Assembly (NCBI RefSeq): GCF_036971445.1
Contig: NC_091471.1
Location: 356,004,001-356,068,000 of the forward strand
Reading direction: 5' to 3'
DNA from: Narcine bancroftii
Taxonomy: Eukaryota
Length of the DNA stretch: 64,000 nucleotides
Below, piece by piece: positions 1-13,563 of this stretch; position 1 is the stretch's first letter, and each line of letters begins with the position of its first letter. A model generated the notes under the pieces. It made no database searches. It saw only the letters and a program-made list of their open reading frames with translations, and was not told the DNA's origin. A program made the position numbers and the translations under genes.

Positions 1-635
1 CCCAGATTTGCTTCCCCTTGCCTCATAAGACTGGTTTCCCAATCCAGGCAACATCCTGGTAAATCTCCTCTGCACCCTCTCCATAGCTTCCACATCCTTC
101 CTATAAATGAGTGACCAGAACTGAATACTCCAAGTGTGGTCTTACCAAAGATTTATAACAAGACCTCTACTCCCAAATTCAATCCCCCATTAATGACTCC
201 CAGCATTTCCTAGGCCTTCTTATTTATCCTATCAATCTGTGCGGCAACCTTGAGGAATGTTTGGATTTGCACCCCAAGGTCCCTCTGTTCATCCACTCTC
301 TTAAGACCGTTAACTCTGTACTTAGCCTTCTGGTTAGTCCTTCCAAAATGAATCACCTCACTTATCTGGATCAAAATCCATCTTCCACTTTACTCCCCAA
401 CTCTGCATTTGGTCTATGTCATCTTGTAACCTTTTCATCCACAACTTCTCCAATCTTTGTTTCATCCACAAACTTATTGACCCATCCATCCTCTTCTTCA
501 TCCAAATCATTTATACAAATCACAAAGAGCAGGGGAGGGTGTTCCAGAACAGTTCCCTACAGCACTTCACAATCACCAACCTCCAGGCAGAATACTTTCC
601 TTTCACTACTTTCTTCCTACAAGCCAATTCCCATA
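1..635 (-). mobile_element. CR1-type LINE fragment (decayed)
   Basis: Typical CR1 antisense text (ggcaacatcctggtaaatctcctctgcaccctctcca...gaccagaactg; tccaaatcatttata); similar segment at 49060-49135. Boundaries approximate. Confidence 0.7.
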
Positions 636-641
636 TTTTCA

Positions 642-643
<2 letters not shown>

Positions 644-677
<34 letters not shown>
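644..677. repeat. (CA)17 microsatellite
   Basis: Direct reading of the sequence. Confidence 0.97.
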
Positions 678-680
<3 letters not shown>

Positions 681-1119
681 AACATGCAGAAAATAAAAAA
701 ATATTTGTATAATGCACACGCATATACCTCACTGGTGTAGCATTCTAAATTTTGACTGAAAAAAAATGAAAGCAATTTGCATTTGAAATGCGCCAAGAGA
801 CAAAACGCATTACCAATATCTGCCACAGTTAATCTCCCACAATTAACACCTAATCAACTTCATAGCCAAAGGTGCCAATCACCCATTATATCGATGATAT
901 CCTGCTGCAACACATTAACAAGCTTTGGAGAGGTCATTAAATAGATCAAAAACAGCCTTCAGAGTTGAGCAGGATTTTAAAATTTAATTCTAATTGCTGT
1001 CTCAAATCAAGAGGCACTTGATGTCCTCCCTCAGGGGACATTTCTGGGCAATGCCCAGCTAGAAAGTCCAGTTTATAGGAATACCATGGCATTCAGTAAA
1101 AAGAGACATTCCCAAGACA

Positions 1120-1350
1120 AAATTTCCCACACCCAGTATAAATTGTGCACGGTTCTTTTAATGCCGCTATTACATTCTCATGCTGCCTGTAACTTTCCTG
1201 CGCTCGCTATAAATCGCCAGTACATCTTTCCCACAGCCATTATAAATTGTGCTCGTTCTTTCAATGCCGCTATTGTATTCCCACGCTCACTATATATTGC
1301 CGGTCTGACTTTTCCCACGCCTACTATAAATTGTGTGCATTCTTTCAATA
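1120..1350. repeat. Degenerate tandem repeat, ~3 copies of TTTCCCAC...TATAAATTGTG...TTCTTTCAATGCCGCTATT
   Basis: Motifs recur at ~1123, ~1228 and ~1311. Confidence 0.6.
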
Positions 1351-2379
1351 TGTAAAATATTCTCATAGCACACACATAATGCTCCCATTATATGCATAAC
1401 ATTACGGTAGTATAAAAACTAACTGAAAATCAAAATACACTTTGAGAGCATTTGAATGGGCAACCAAGTAAACAATTTAGATGCCTCTTACAATTGTTGT
1501 GAACCCCTTTTTTTAAAAAATGGGGCTCTAATTATGCACTGCTCTGAAAATTCTTTGCTGGAATTAGTTAATGTATTAAAACTCAATTATTTCAAAATAT
1601 ACTTGTATCAAAAGTTGTGTCAATGAGCAAAAAATCTGCATCAGAACTGTCATTACAGTGGAAAATTTTAAACCAAGTGGTGTCAGCAGTTTTTTTTTGG
1701 ACACAAAATGCTTTGCAAGCAACAAATTGAACTGTGAAATTTGCAATGTTAAGGATTCTTCTTTAGGTGAAGAATAAAGTTTTTTTTCAGTTGTGCAACA
1801 AATTTTGCAAATTAAAAGTGTTTATACACAAAGCATGCCCCTTCTTATCTCCAACACTGACTCCCAAAGTGTATACATATCAAAAAAAGCAAAGTTGAAC
1901 TTGTGCAACTCAGAGGGAACTAATATTTTCTCATGTTTGCATTACAGACACAATTGATACAAGTCCGTTGGAGTTTATGCACCAGGCCACTCAACTCTAA
2001 AGCTCTAAAGTTTAATGTCCAAATATTTGCCAGGGTCTAATTTCAGGACCAAAATTCAATTCAAATCAAAATGAAGATGTTCATATTTTCCAAAATCAAG
2101 TGGAATATACTTCCTGGTGACTCAATCAGTAAACAACCACAATCAAGATACAACCAACAATCATTTCCTGAACAATGCATATTTCCAACTGAAGAAAAAC
2201 CTCAAAATCATGTTGAAGTATGGAGCTATTTGTACACCTTCCAAGCCTGTGAGAAATCTGCATGGCTCTATCAATTAGAAATATTAAGGTCATCCTTCCA
2301 ATTCCATCAGATGAGGGATATAAAGCTATCAAACAGTGAAGATAAAACATTACACTCCAGGACAAACAGGTTTACAAAT

Positions 2380-2670
2380 TCTCAGAATTCATTGTCATGA
2401 ACATGTCACAAAATATTTTGTGGAAGTGTTACGATGCAAATATTGTTATAATTACATTTCATAAATAAATAAATAGGAAGTGACGTGGTCTCTGTGGTTC
2501 ATTGACCATTCAGAAATCTGATGGCAGAAGGCATCCTTGGGCCACTGGATGCTAGTCTTCAGGCTCCTGTACCTTTTTCCTGATGGTAGCAAGGTGAAGA
2601 GGTCATAGCCTGGGTGGGGTAGGGGTCCTTGAGGACAGAGACTACTTTCTTAAGACACTGCCTCTTGTAG
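2380..2670 (-). mobile_element. Rex1/Babar LINE 3' fragment
   Basis: tcttcaggctcctgtacct...cctgatggtagc...gtgaagag is the antisense of LFTLLPSGRRYRSL; same as 35735-36320. Confidence 0.65.
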
Positions 2671-5600
2671 ATTCATCATTTCTAGTGCAGCAAATAAATA
2701 CTCAGGGAAGAAAGCAATTCCAAGTGGTTGACAACTCAACAGTGGACTTGGTACACCATAATCATTTTGTGAAAATGTTACATTAATTACACCACTCCAA
2801 ATGCAGATCTCATTATCTGCAGTGATAACAGAATTATGAGAAAGTTAAGATTATATGTTAACTGAAAATAAAAGGACTGAAGTGCCAATTGAAATTATAC
2901 AAAACCTTAAAAGCCATATATTCAGAAATGTGCTTTAATGAATAAAATTGAAGTTGTTAAGATTGCCAAATGTTGAATTGACATACACATAAAGTTGGCA
3001 GTTAGTTCTTCAGAAGTCTGGAAAAGCTATTTGGAATTGCTATGTATACATCTTTTTTGTGTGTAGGATGTAATGTGTGCCTGTGTACCTACTATGGTCC
3101 TGAGAGCCACTGTTCTGTCAGGTTGTATACGGACATGCTCAATCAGATGATAAAACTTGAAGTTTTTGAGAGGATATTGCTCACATAAATTGACAACAGT
3201 AACTGTTTTAAACGTGCTTTAGTTCAGTCACCCAAACTGTTCAAATACAAGAAATCGTTGATAGCCTCAGTCCATCTATGTTCCACATTCTGACAATGAA
3301 AAGCACGTAACAAAGTCTTGAGCCGAGTACATGTTAAGTTTTGTCATACGTAACCAGATTGACTTCAATTCTTTGCCTGAACTTGACAGATAGATTAGAT
3401 TTTAATAAACAACGTCAACACCTAAAGAGCTTTTCACTAAAATCCTCAGCAGTTAAATGACTGGCGAGGGCAAGGAAATAATCACTTTCCTGAATCACTG
3501 ACTTTTCTATGAGAAAGCAACATCTGCATGTTAGAGTTAATTAGCCCCAATCCTTCCCTTGCACTAGAAATGCAAGAAAACCTACAGTGTAATACCAAAT
3601 GCATCATTGCCCAACCAGTCACATGCCCAAGTACTTAATGTTTCTGATATCCAGCAATCATTATCCAGAATCCCATTTCAGCCATGCAACACATGACTAC
3701 ACCCCCCAGCATTGCTGGCCCCAAGTAACTCACATCATACGAGATGCACTTATTTAAAACAGTCATGCATTGATGGAGCCCCAAGGACATTCATGAAAGT
3801 TTGCCCAATTCAATCTGACCCAAGACTGAAGACTTCAAATTATTTTTTTCTCAACAAACCCCATCCAAACTAGTGACCTCTGATCAGGTCACCAAGGTCT
3901 CATGCAATCCTGCCAATACACCAATTTGACGAACATCTAAAACCCTGTTCATTGTTACTGTTACAAAGGTTGACAAAAAAAGGTAGTGTAAATTAATATA
4001 AAATACTTGGGATTTAGAGTCAGAGAACGTAGGATGTAGGATGAATAACAATGGATTAAAAGCAGGCTGCAAAACAGAAAATGGACAAATAATTAAATGC
4101 AGTTACTGAACTGGATCAAAAGACGGAATGTGTGATGCCATTGAAACCAATGCTGGGACAGATGTGCATGAACCTTTGGACTTGCAAATCAGATGTCCAA
4201 CTGCAAAGAATTTGCAGAAGCGTCGAGCTTTGAGAGAAGCAATATAATTAACATTAACCCTATGGCACATCAGTAAACATGGTCAGTGGATGTGAATTTA
4301 AAAAATACATCTTGGAAAAGTGCAACGAGATGCATTTTTGAGAAAGTAATATGGTAGCTTAATTATTATTCCATTATTCATCAAATACTTGGAAACTCTT
4401 GATGAGTTGAGCTACTTTCAGGTTCATTCTCTGCGAAGAATGCGCCTGCAGAAACAGATTCAGACCTGTGGAATGGTCGTTAAGTGGTAGTGCTAAAAGT
4501 GCAGTGCTGGCCACCTGAAACGGACAGCTGCACAGGAGGCGTCTCGGAGTGCACTCCAGCTCCCTTCGGGATGTCAGGGCTGGGGCGGCCGGCTCTGGGG
4601 GACAGGGCTGGGGCGGCCGGCTGTCAGGCACTCGCCAGCTGATTGTCAGCCGCTTTCAGGCGGCTGCATTCAGATACCTGGGGGCCTTTAGTGCTCCGGT
4701 GATTATCCCTCTCGGAGGAGGGTTGGAAAGTGCTCCTCGGAGGCACCTCCTGCTCTTTCAGGTGGCCTCCTGACAGCCGCATAGGGGTAGAATATGCAGC
4801 TTTACATCAGGGTATTTTGGCCACCGAAAAGTGCCTTTAGAGGAGACAATTCACAACCATTGAAATCCAAGTGAAAATCTATTAAAATGTAAATTTTAAA
4901 AAAGGTTAATTTCTGGGAGAAATTTTTTTAATAATGCATTAATGCCCTCTGTGCTGCAGGCAGTTCTGGTCTGAATTTTGCCAAACTCTGGGAGACATTC
5001 AGAAAAATTTTCAAAAATCATACCATAATTGAGATACACTATCAATTTTAAAAGACGAGTATACTTTTTAAAGTGAAAAGGCCAAATTCTGCAAATATTT
5101 GATGGCACATGTAAAAACAGCTTACCACTTTTTTTTTTTAAAAAAGCAATCTGAATCAAGGGACAATAAATAAGATGGTCACTGATTTTTTAAAAATTTC
5201 ACCAAGACAGGAGAGAGAACACGGAACCTGCAACACATAAAGCAGTTCACATAAAAGACATGCTATTAAGGGGGAAATGGGCAAGGATGAAAAGGGATAA
5301 AATAATAAAAATATTGCAGGTAGCTGCAATAGGCTGGGAATTAATGGAGCACAAGTAGGTCAGTTGGATATTGCCTGAGCTACCAAGAGTATTTTATATT
5401 ATAATACATCAGAATAAAAAAGAGCTGAGAAAAAAAAAATTCCAGTCCAAAATGTCTTGTTTGGACACTGAAGTTATTTCCTAAATTGACTTCCAATGTT
5501 ATGCAAGGTCACCCTCCTTTCCAGCTTAGGTACCTAATAGCCATTCTTTCTTCATAATTACGTAACACCTTGCCACTTCAATATCTCAAAGTTTTCTGCT

Positions 5601-5907
5601 GCGAACTTGCGAGAGTGAGGTGGGCGACAGGAGGGTGAGAGATTAGAAATCGCATTAGGACCCAAACCCTGACAGAACTTCCACAAGCATTTGTCGAGCT
5701 ATACTGCACGATGATAAAAAGATACCTTAGCCCATATCCCAAGCATGTTAATCAACTTTACACAATGAAAATGCTCCACTAATTTTATCAAGGGAAATAA
5801 ATGTTATTGCAGAGGCCATGTGTAAATGAAATGGTCTCCAAATTGCAGCATCCATAGCCAGAGATCGCATCTAAAAGTATAAAATGTTTATTTTGCTCAG
5901 GTCTTAA

Positions 5908-6096
5908 CCCTTTCTGGACATTTTTAACTTTTCATAATACATATATACTCCAGACAGTGTCCATGGGTAAACTACAGTACAAACATCAGTATGAACCAGT
6001 TGGTGGTTGGGAATAAATCTGGTCCCAGAAAACTGGGTCAGTGAGTATAGTCACTTGTTGGTAGTTGGTGAAAACAGGGACCCAGAGTCCAAAGGG
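5908..6096. mobile_element. piggyBac-like MITE
   Basis: TTAA|CCCTTT...AAAGGG|TTAA ends; related copy at 34109-34300. Confidence 0.7.
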
Positions 6097-6986
6097 TTAA
6101 AAAGAACTTTATTTGATGTTCCACGTGCAGTGCAGAGGCATGGAACTGTTAAAGATGCAAGTTTGGTTTGACAATAACACACTAGTTTCCTGACATTATT
6201 TTGATTTTCAAGCAAAAGTAACAAAGACATTCCCAAATATGACAGCATGTCAACACATCCTAGAAACATGGGGCATTAGAAATCCTGGGACACCTGTTTC
6301 TGGAGTTCAGAATGGCTCAGTCACATAAGTAACAATGGCGGGATTAAATTACTGCTCTACACAAAATGCCTCCACAGTTTAAGAACACAGCGGGTTTCCA
6401 AACCCTGCCTAATTCCATCCAAGACAAAAGATTGAAAGTAGAATCCCAATATGGCACACAGTATTAATACTTGCATAAAGGACAAAAAAAAATACACAAG
6501 TTAATACAAATTAATGTCATGTTTACAAGCAATTTAAACCCCATTTCTAATTTATTTTGATTCTGAATCTAACCCCACTTAAAGATAATTTGATTGATTA
6601 GAAAAAGATGGCTGATTAAATAAAAGGACAATGGAGTGCTCAGGCAAGATTAAAACATTAGTGTCCTGTAATTGTAAAAATGCTCCTCCCACCTAGTGAA
6701 TCTACATTACACATTTAAAAAATGTTTGATTGTATAAACACAGCTCCACAAGATAGTATTGCTCAAAAGTTCTTGCATCATGTATATAATTCTAAAATTC
6801 CAATAATTTTACTTGAAACTGCTTCTAAAAGCAATTAGCCATGCCGACAATTGAAAATAAGACAGCAAATTCGTGTTTATTACCATCAGATTGGACAAGC
6901 ACAAAACGTTTCTCTGGACCAACAGTCCACACAATACACTGGACATAATATTCACATATACACAGAAAGATACAATTTTAAATAAA

Positions 6987-9900
6987 TGTACTCACGTGCT
7001 GGCAAAGAAAGACTCAACCACCACATTGAAAGTTGTTAATGACTTCTTATTCAAATTCAGCGCGCACCCCTTTAAAGGCAGCATAAGCTCAGTCACCTCG
7101 TGCATTGTGACGTCATAATCGCTGCCCCAGGCGTGCGCTGGGCAGGAGACTTGAGGCAGGGAGAAACCCTGACAGCGGCATCTTCCCATGGCTGCCTCAT
7201 GGCATTACACGTGGGGCCGGTTCGCCATGAGAGAGTGCACCGCCACACAACCTCTCCCCCCCCCCCACCCCACCCAGAACCAGCTATGTGTCCTGGCACT
7301 TGGGCGGGTGGTCTCAGCATTTGGGCATGGCCGTTGGCACTGGCCGTGATAGGTCTAAGTGCGCCGCCTTCAAACGGTCCACGGTGAAAAGTTCGTCTTT
7401 ACCCCCGTGCCCAAAGTGAAAGTCTTGCCGGGCCGCTGGAGAACCTTGTACGGACCTTCGTACGGACGTTGTAAAGCTGCCTTGTGTGGACCGCGCCAAA
7501 CAAATAACAAATTCTGCCGAGTCCAGCTCTTTGGGATGATTTTTCAGCCAAACGCCATGATGTGAGGAAGGCAGGGGGGGGGGGGGCTAGCAAGGATAGT
7601 TTCTTACGGAGATCTGCCAAAAGGTTCGCGTGCTTGGGCATGACGTTGGGCTCCAGGCCAAAGAACTCACCGGGCAGCGAGAGCGGCGTGCCGTAGACCA
7701 GTTCCACAGAAGATGCCTTGGGTGCTGTTCTGATGCAGAGGAAGACCCAGAGCAGTTCATTTTCCCAGCCTGGGCCGGTGAGGCGAGCCATGAGGGCGGA
7801 TTTTATATAATGATTAAACCTCTCCGCCAAACCATTTTCTTGGGGGTGGAAGGTTCACCAGCTGAGCCAAGAGCGCAGAGGTGAACTGGGCGCCCCTGTC
7901 ACTGGTGATATGGACCGGTACTCCAAGCCTAGCAATCCAATGACTGACTAGGTTCCTGGCACACATCTCTGCAGAAGCCTCTTTGATGGGAATGGCCTCT
8001 GGGCATCTCGTGGTCCGATCGACTATTGTGAGAAGGTAGCGTGCTTCTCTGGACACCAGCAGGGGACCTACGACGTCAACATAGATGTGCTGAAATCTCC
8101 ACACCACCGGGTCGAATTGCTGGATTGGGGGCCTGCGTATGCCGGTGGACCTTGGAGACCTGGCACCTGGTTCAGTTCCTCACCATCTCAGCCACCTCCT
8201 TTTTGAGCCCATGCCACACAAACCGCTCTGCCACCATTTGTACCGAAGTCTTCACTGAGGGGTGGGCTAGGTCGTGAACGAAGCTGAAAACCCTCGCCCT
8301 CCACTGCGGTGGGACTACCAGGCGGGGCGAGCCGGTGGAGACGTCGCAGAGCAGCATGTTGGGGCTGTTGGGCAACTGAATGTCCTGGAGCTCAAGGCCA
8401 GAGATTGTGGTCCGGAGAGCCTGAGTCTCTGTGTCCAGCTTCTGGACCTGTGCCAACTGTGTGTAGTCAAGGCCAGGGGCAAGAGCGTTGATCGCTGGAT
8501 GAGAGAGCGCATCCTCCACAACGTTGTCTTTGCCTGCCCTGTGCCAGATGTTGGTGGTGAACTCCGACACGTAGGAGAGGAGGCACTGCTGGCGAGCAGA
8601 CCAGGGATCTTTCGCCATCGCGAATGCCTTTGAGAGGGGCTTGTGATCCGTGAACACCATGAAGGGCCTGCCTTCCAGAAAGTATCGAAAGTGCCGGATG
8701 GCCAAGTACAGCGCCAGGAGTTCCCAGTCGAAAGCTCTGTACTTGAGCTCTGGCAGGCGCAGCTGTTTGCTAAAGGCGGCCAGCGGGTGCCACTGTCCGT
8801 TGAGCCACTGCTCAAGTACACCCCCTACCTCCATGGCTGAGGTGTCCACCGAGAGCACCGTGTGTGTGCCTCCGGCCGTAGGTGCACCAATAGAGTTGTG
8901 ATGCCGTGGGCCTCCTTTGTTGTGGCAAAAGTGGTCTCTGCCTCCTCTGACCAGGTCAGGACTTTCTCCTTAGTGGCGATCAATGCAAACAGCGGTCGCA
9001 TGGTGTGGGCGGGGCTGGGGATGAACTGATGATAAAAATTCACCATCCCCACAAATTCCTTCAGGCCCTTGAGGGTGGTTGGCTTGAGGAACCGCTGAAT
9101 GGCTACAACGTTCTCTGGCACCGGGACACCACCTGCTGCCGAGATGGTGCCCCAGGAACTGCAGTGTCTGCTTGCCGAACTGGCACTTGGTCACGTTGAC
9201 CATGAGGCCAAACTCCACCAGTCGGGCAAACAGGGTATGGAGGTGGGCCTTGTGCTCTTCGTGGTTGCAGCTGATGATAAGGGTATCGTCCAGGTAGACA
9301 AACACAAAGTCCACTGCATCCATGAGGCACTGAAAAGTCTGGGCCGCGTTCTTGGAGCCAAAAGGCATACGCAGGAATTCAAAGAAGCCAAAGTGGGTGA
9401 TGATCGCCATCTTGCCGATGTCCTCGGGGTGGACCAGGATCTGATGATACCCCTGCACCAGACTGACCTCGGAGAAGACTTGCACATCGTGGAGATTGGC
9501 AGGGAAGTCTTGAATGTGTGGTACTGGGTATCTGTCCGGTGTGGTTGTATCATTCAAACGCCGGTAATCGCCGCAGGGTCTCCAGCCCCCGGAGGATTTG
9601 GGGACCACGTGGAGAGGAGATGCCCAGGTGCTGTCCGAGCAACGGACGATCCCCAAATCCTGCAGCCAGGAAATCTCCTTCTTTGCCAGCTGCAGCTTCT
9701 CGGGCATCTGGGCTTGGCATGCAGCGGGGGGGGACCCTGTGTGGAGATATGGTGGTATACCCCGTGCAGAGGTAAGGTGGCCCTGAATCGCAGTTGAAGG
9801 ATGGAGGGGAACTCATGGAGTATGTTCGAATACTCATCCCTGGAAGTGGCGATCTCGGGCCTGCAGGCGTTCGTGGTGTCCAGGCGCATCGAATGGAAGG

Positions 9901-10135
9901 TGCGAACATTGACCAGCCTCTTGCCCTTCATGTCGACCAACAGTCCGTGTGCCCTGAGGAAGTCAGCCACTAACAATGCAGTACCCGCCGAGGCTATTTC
10001 TCTTTCTCGATCTGGATCTGCGCCCTGCAGGTACCGAAGGTCTTGATGGCAGAACCTTTGGCTGCCCACAGGGTGGGACCACGAGATCGGGAGTCACAGC
10101 CATCAATGGTGGCTGACCAGGTCGTTTCCCCTGTG
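6987..10135 (-). mobile_element. Ty3/Gypsy LTR retrotransposon, 5'-truncated and decayed (end of gag, partial protease, RT, RNase H, integrase, PPT, 3' LTR)
   Basis: RT WASPLHVVPK..WRPCGDYRRLN..YLDD (8970-9707); RNase H DTSA..ELLALYLAIRHFRYFLEGRPF..TDHKPL (8172-8858); integrase HPS..C..C and DVVGPL..TSDRGAQFTS (7399-8270); polypurine tract ~7251-7266 next to an LTR TGTGG...TACA (~7247 to 6987). Many frameshifts. Confidence 0.93.
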
Positions 10136-10280
10136 CTTTCCCAGCACAGTAAATAACAAATATGCAACTGAATATTGGGCCTACATGTGCACCAAGGCTG
10201 GAGGCTTCCTCAAACTGCTGCGACTCATCAATTTCCCCAACACAATCCACAAACTAAGACCACCTCTCAATGTCAAAATA

Positions 10281-11174
10281 CAGTAAAACCCGTTATCCAG
10301 AATTCAGGTAACCAGCAAAAGAATACAATTTTTAAATTAAAATAATAAAGGATAAAATAATAGATAAAAAATACACAACTTTAAAATTATAAAAGTAAAT
10401 ATTCTATGAATTAATACAATCCTTTAGTGAAGATGGGAGCGGAGGGCCTTCACTGTGCGTTGCTTGTTTGAATAAAGTTGTGTGAAACAGCAATGGCGTC
10501 GCCCAGAATGAAGAGCTGGTTGATGCCGCTCGCTGTTGGGTAACTCACTTAAGCGTCCTTATTTAAATTTAGAGATACAGCACAGTAAAAGGCCCTTTTG
10601 GCCTCAAGCCCATGCTGCCCAATTACCCCCAAATGACCTAAAACCTGTTTTGAACAGTGGGAGGAAACTGGAGCACCTGAAGAAAGCCCATGCAACATGG
10701 AGAACAATACAAACTCCTTACAGATAGCATGGGATTCAAACCCTGGTCCCAATCGCTGTAATAGCGTTGCGCTAACCACTATGCTAACTGCGCCACCCTT
10801 GTCCCTGCTTAGTAAGATTCACCCTGGTCAGAGGTTTTATCTGTAAACTTGGAGGGGAGGGGGGTGGGGGAAGGATTAATTGTCTATGTTATTGTTCATC
10901 TTTCATGCACCTCCATGGAGGGGGAGGAACCTGCAGATGCAGCAACAGTTAAATGTCTTCACAGAATGCAACTAAAGTAAAATGTTTTAAGGTTTCATAT
11001 ATTCATGCAAGTGAAGTTGGTTCAGTGTAAAGACAGTATTTGTCTTTTAAACGGTTTATTCTTGATGCAGGTGTATTAGAAAGACATTTTAAGAGGAAGG
11101 TTCAAACAACCAGAAAAAGCACTTATCTAGCATCTACCCATCCCCATTGGTGCTGGATACCAGAAGTTTTACTG
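10281..11174. mobile_element. Tc1/mariner (Tigger/pogo-like) non-autonomous DNA transposon carrying a nested SINE
   Basis: TA|CAGTAAAAC...GTTTTACTG|TA ends; shorter relative at 13564-13758. Confidence 0.7.
10562..10800 (-). mobile_element. tRNA-derived V-SINE (HE1-like)
   Basis: Minus strand: tRNA-like head GGCGCAGTTAGCATAGTGGTTAGC...GGTTTGAATCCC and V-domain GGTGCTCCAGTTTCCTCCCAC. Confidence 0.8.
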
Positions 11175-11362
11175 TATATCAAAAAAAACCCTCATTGTGT
11201 CAACTGCTCATCACCAGCAGAAGGTCCTGCAGACATGGATGAACAAGGACTCAATGGATACAGTGGTGTGGTTCCCTGAGCAAACCATCTAAATCATTTG
11301 GCAGAATGACAATGCCATAACTCACCAACAATAACCAATTAATCAATTTATTGTCATCTACA

Positions 11363-12701
11363 GGGTTTCTTGAATGACTATGTAGAATGCACCTCATCAA
11401 TGCGTTCAAGCATCAAAGGTCTAAGCGAGAGCCATCCGATTGATACCTGATGTACACTTCCTCTTCCAAACCCTGGACATCACATGACAATATACAATTG
11501 AAGAACAGACTGAACAAGACTGGGGCAAGTACACAGCCTTGCTTCACCCCATTAGATATGGTAAATACAGCTGATGTATCACACTCCTATCATGGAGCAG
11601 CTTAATCATTTTTACAAATTTCCTTGAGCATCTGTAGCAATTCTGGATGATCCAGAGAGCCTCCCTGTTTACAGTGTCAAATGCCTTTGTCAGGTCAATG
11701 AAAATAGTAAAGACGCTTGTTCTGCTTCATGCACTTCTCCAAAATTGTCGCATAGCAAATATCACGGTAAATACCCTTTTTGCTGATGACTCTCCGCTCT
11801 TGGCGCACAAAGCTAGTGATCTACAGTTAAGGCCGAACAAATTCTCAGATGCTGTTATGCTCTTTGCCCTGACCATCAACCTGCACGGGACTGAAGTACT
11901 CCATCAGTTTGTGCCAAACACCACAGAACCAAAAATCACTGTTGACGACACCCAGCTGACAAATGTAAACAACTTCAAATACATGGGGAGCATCAGCTCG
12001 AATGATGTGTCTTTTGACAAAGAAATTGACTTCAGGATCAGCAAGGCAAGCCAGGCTCTGGGGAAGCTGCGTACCTGAGAACTCCATCAACACAATGTCC
12101 GCACCTCCACAAAGCTGAATGTCTACAGAGCTGTGGTCATCCCTTCTCTCTTATATGGCTGTGAGACCTCGGCTCTGTACCGACATCACATCAAGCAATG
12201 CATACCATCCTTGGCAAGACCGTGTCTCCAACATGGAGATCTTGGGTCGCACAAAGTCCACCAGCATCGAGTTCTCGATCAGAGCCCAGATGAGGTGGGT
12301 GAGTCACATCATCAGAATGGACAACCAGCATATGCCTCACCAGCTGCTCTATAGTGAACTGAAGAATGGAAGGAGACCTCGAGGTCGCCCACACAAGTGC
12401 TACTAAAGACACTGAAGGAAACCCTACCCTACTGTGGCATCCTGCCAAGAGAACTAAAAACTGCGGCTGCTGACAGGTCCTGTTAGCAAGCCCTATGCGA
12501 TGAAGCCTACACCACTTTCGAAGACAGGTGATGCCAAAAACTGATGCAAGGCCATGAACAGTGTCGTGGAGCAGCAGCCACAGTTATTACGACAATGGTC
12601 TTCCAGTGCCTCCACTGTGCTAGACTTTGCGCTTCCAGTCTGGGACTGCAAGTCTGTAAGACTGCACAACGTGTCTTCTTTGAACCAAAGGACAACCAAT
12701 A
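11363..12701 (+). mobile_element. RTE-clade LINE, 5'-truncated with 5' inversion (11363-11770 inverted)
   Basis: Plus strand LFADD..RISKASQALGKL..LLYGCET..RWVSHIIRM..RPRGRP; minus strand FIDLTKAFDTVNRE..NGVKQGCVLAP; near-perfect TSD TGTCAT(C/A)TACA at 11352-11362 and 12702-12712. Confidence 0.88.
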
Positions 12702-12712
12702 TGTCATATACA

Positions 12713-13345
12713 CAAGTACCAAAGTCTTGCTTGCTGCAGCCAAACAGGTATGTAAGGTACACCATCTGCAATAATATACATCAACTAGAATGATATACAT
12801 TAAATTTCCTCAATACAGAAAGGGATAATAAAGGACAGATGGATAAATAAATATTCACAATTACAGGTAATCCAAGAAAAAAAAGTGATGTTTCAATAGT
12901 GCAGACAGGTCTTCTTGCGGTCCCGGAGTATTTCATGGTTAGGGTAGTCGGGGATAGATTCAAGAGCGGGCTGTTGAATGCAGAGGCACTGGTGTTCAGG
13001 TTTCCAGTACCTTCTTCCCAAAGATAAAAGAGAGAAGAGATTGTCACCAGGGAATGGGGGTTCCGTTACAATGTTGGCTGCCTTCTTGAAGCAGCACCTC
13101 ACATAGATGTCTTTAATGGACGGGAGGTCAGAACCAGTGAGGGACTTTGCTGTGTTTGCTGCTTTCTGAAGCCTTCTGCATTTTCTATTTCTGGGCACTT
13201 AAATTACTGAACCAGGCCATGATGCAGCCGGTTAATATACTTTCCATAGTACACCTGTAGAACCTTTATAGATTTTTTGATGACATACCAAGTTACCTGA
13301 GACTTATGAAAGTAGAGGCATTGGTGTGCCTTCTTCACAGTTGCC
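12713..13345 (-). mobile_element. Rex1/Babar LINE 3' fragment
   Basis: RRLQKAANTAKSLTGSDLPSIKDIY..CFKKAANIV..LFSLLSLGRRY, the Rex1 C-terminal signature. Confidence 0.8.
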
Positions 13346-13563
13346 TTTAGAAAATATGCTATGCATTTTGTTCAAAGAAAAAAGGAAACTCCAAGAAAAA
13401 TCTCTTTTTGACCATGAGAAATTGTTATCACTACTGATTCTTTTATTGCAAAGAGTCGATTCTAAGCAATATTGACATATCTCACATCAGATTTCTTCAA
13501 CTTGATTTCTTAAGAGGTCTGATTCTAGCAAGTCATGTTCTAGATAAGATTTCACACTGTGCA

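Noticed and set aside
7093-10250. Many overlapping plus-strand ORFs
   Set aside because: Antisense shadows of the GC-rich Gypsy pol; the element is too frameshifted to be a domesticated gene.
10720-10800. tRNA gene
   Set aside because: tRNA-like A/B boxes are the head of a V-SINE present in several copies; no full cloverleaf.
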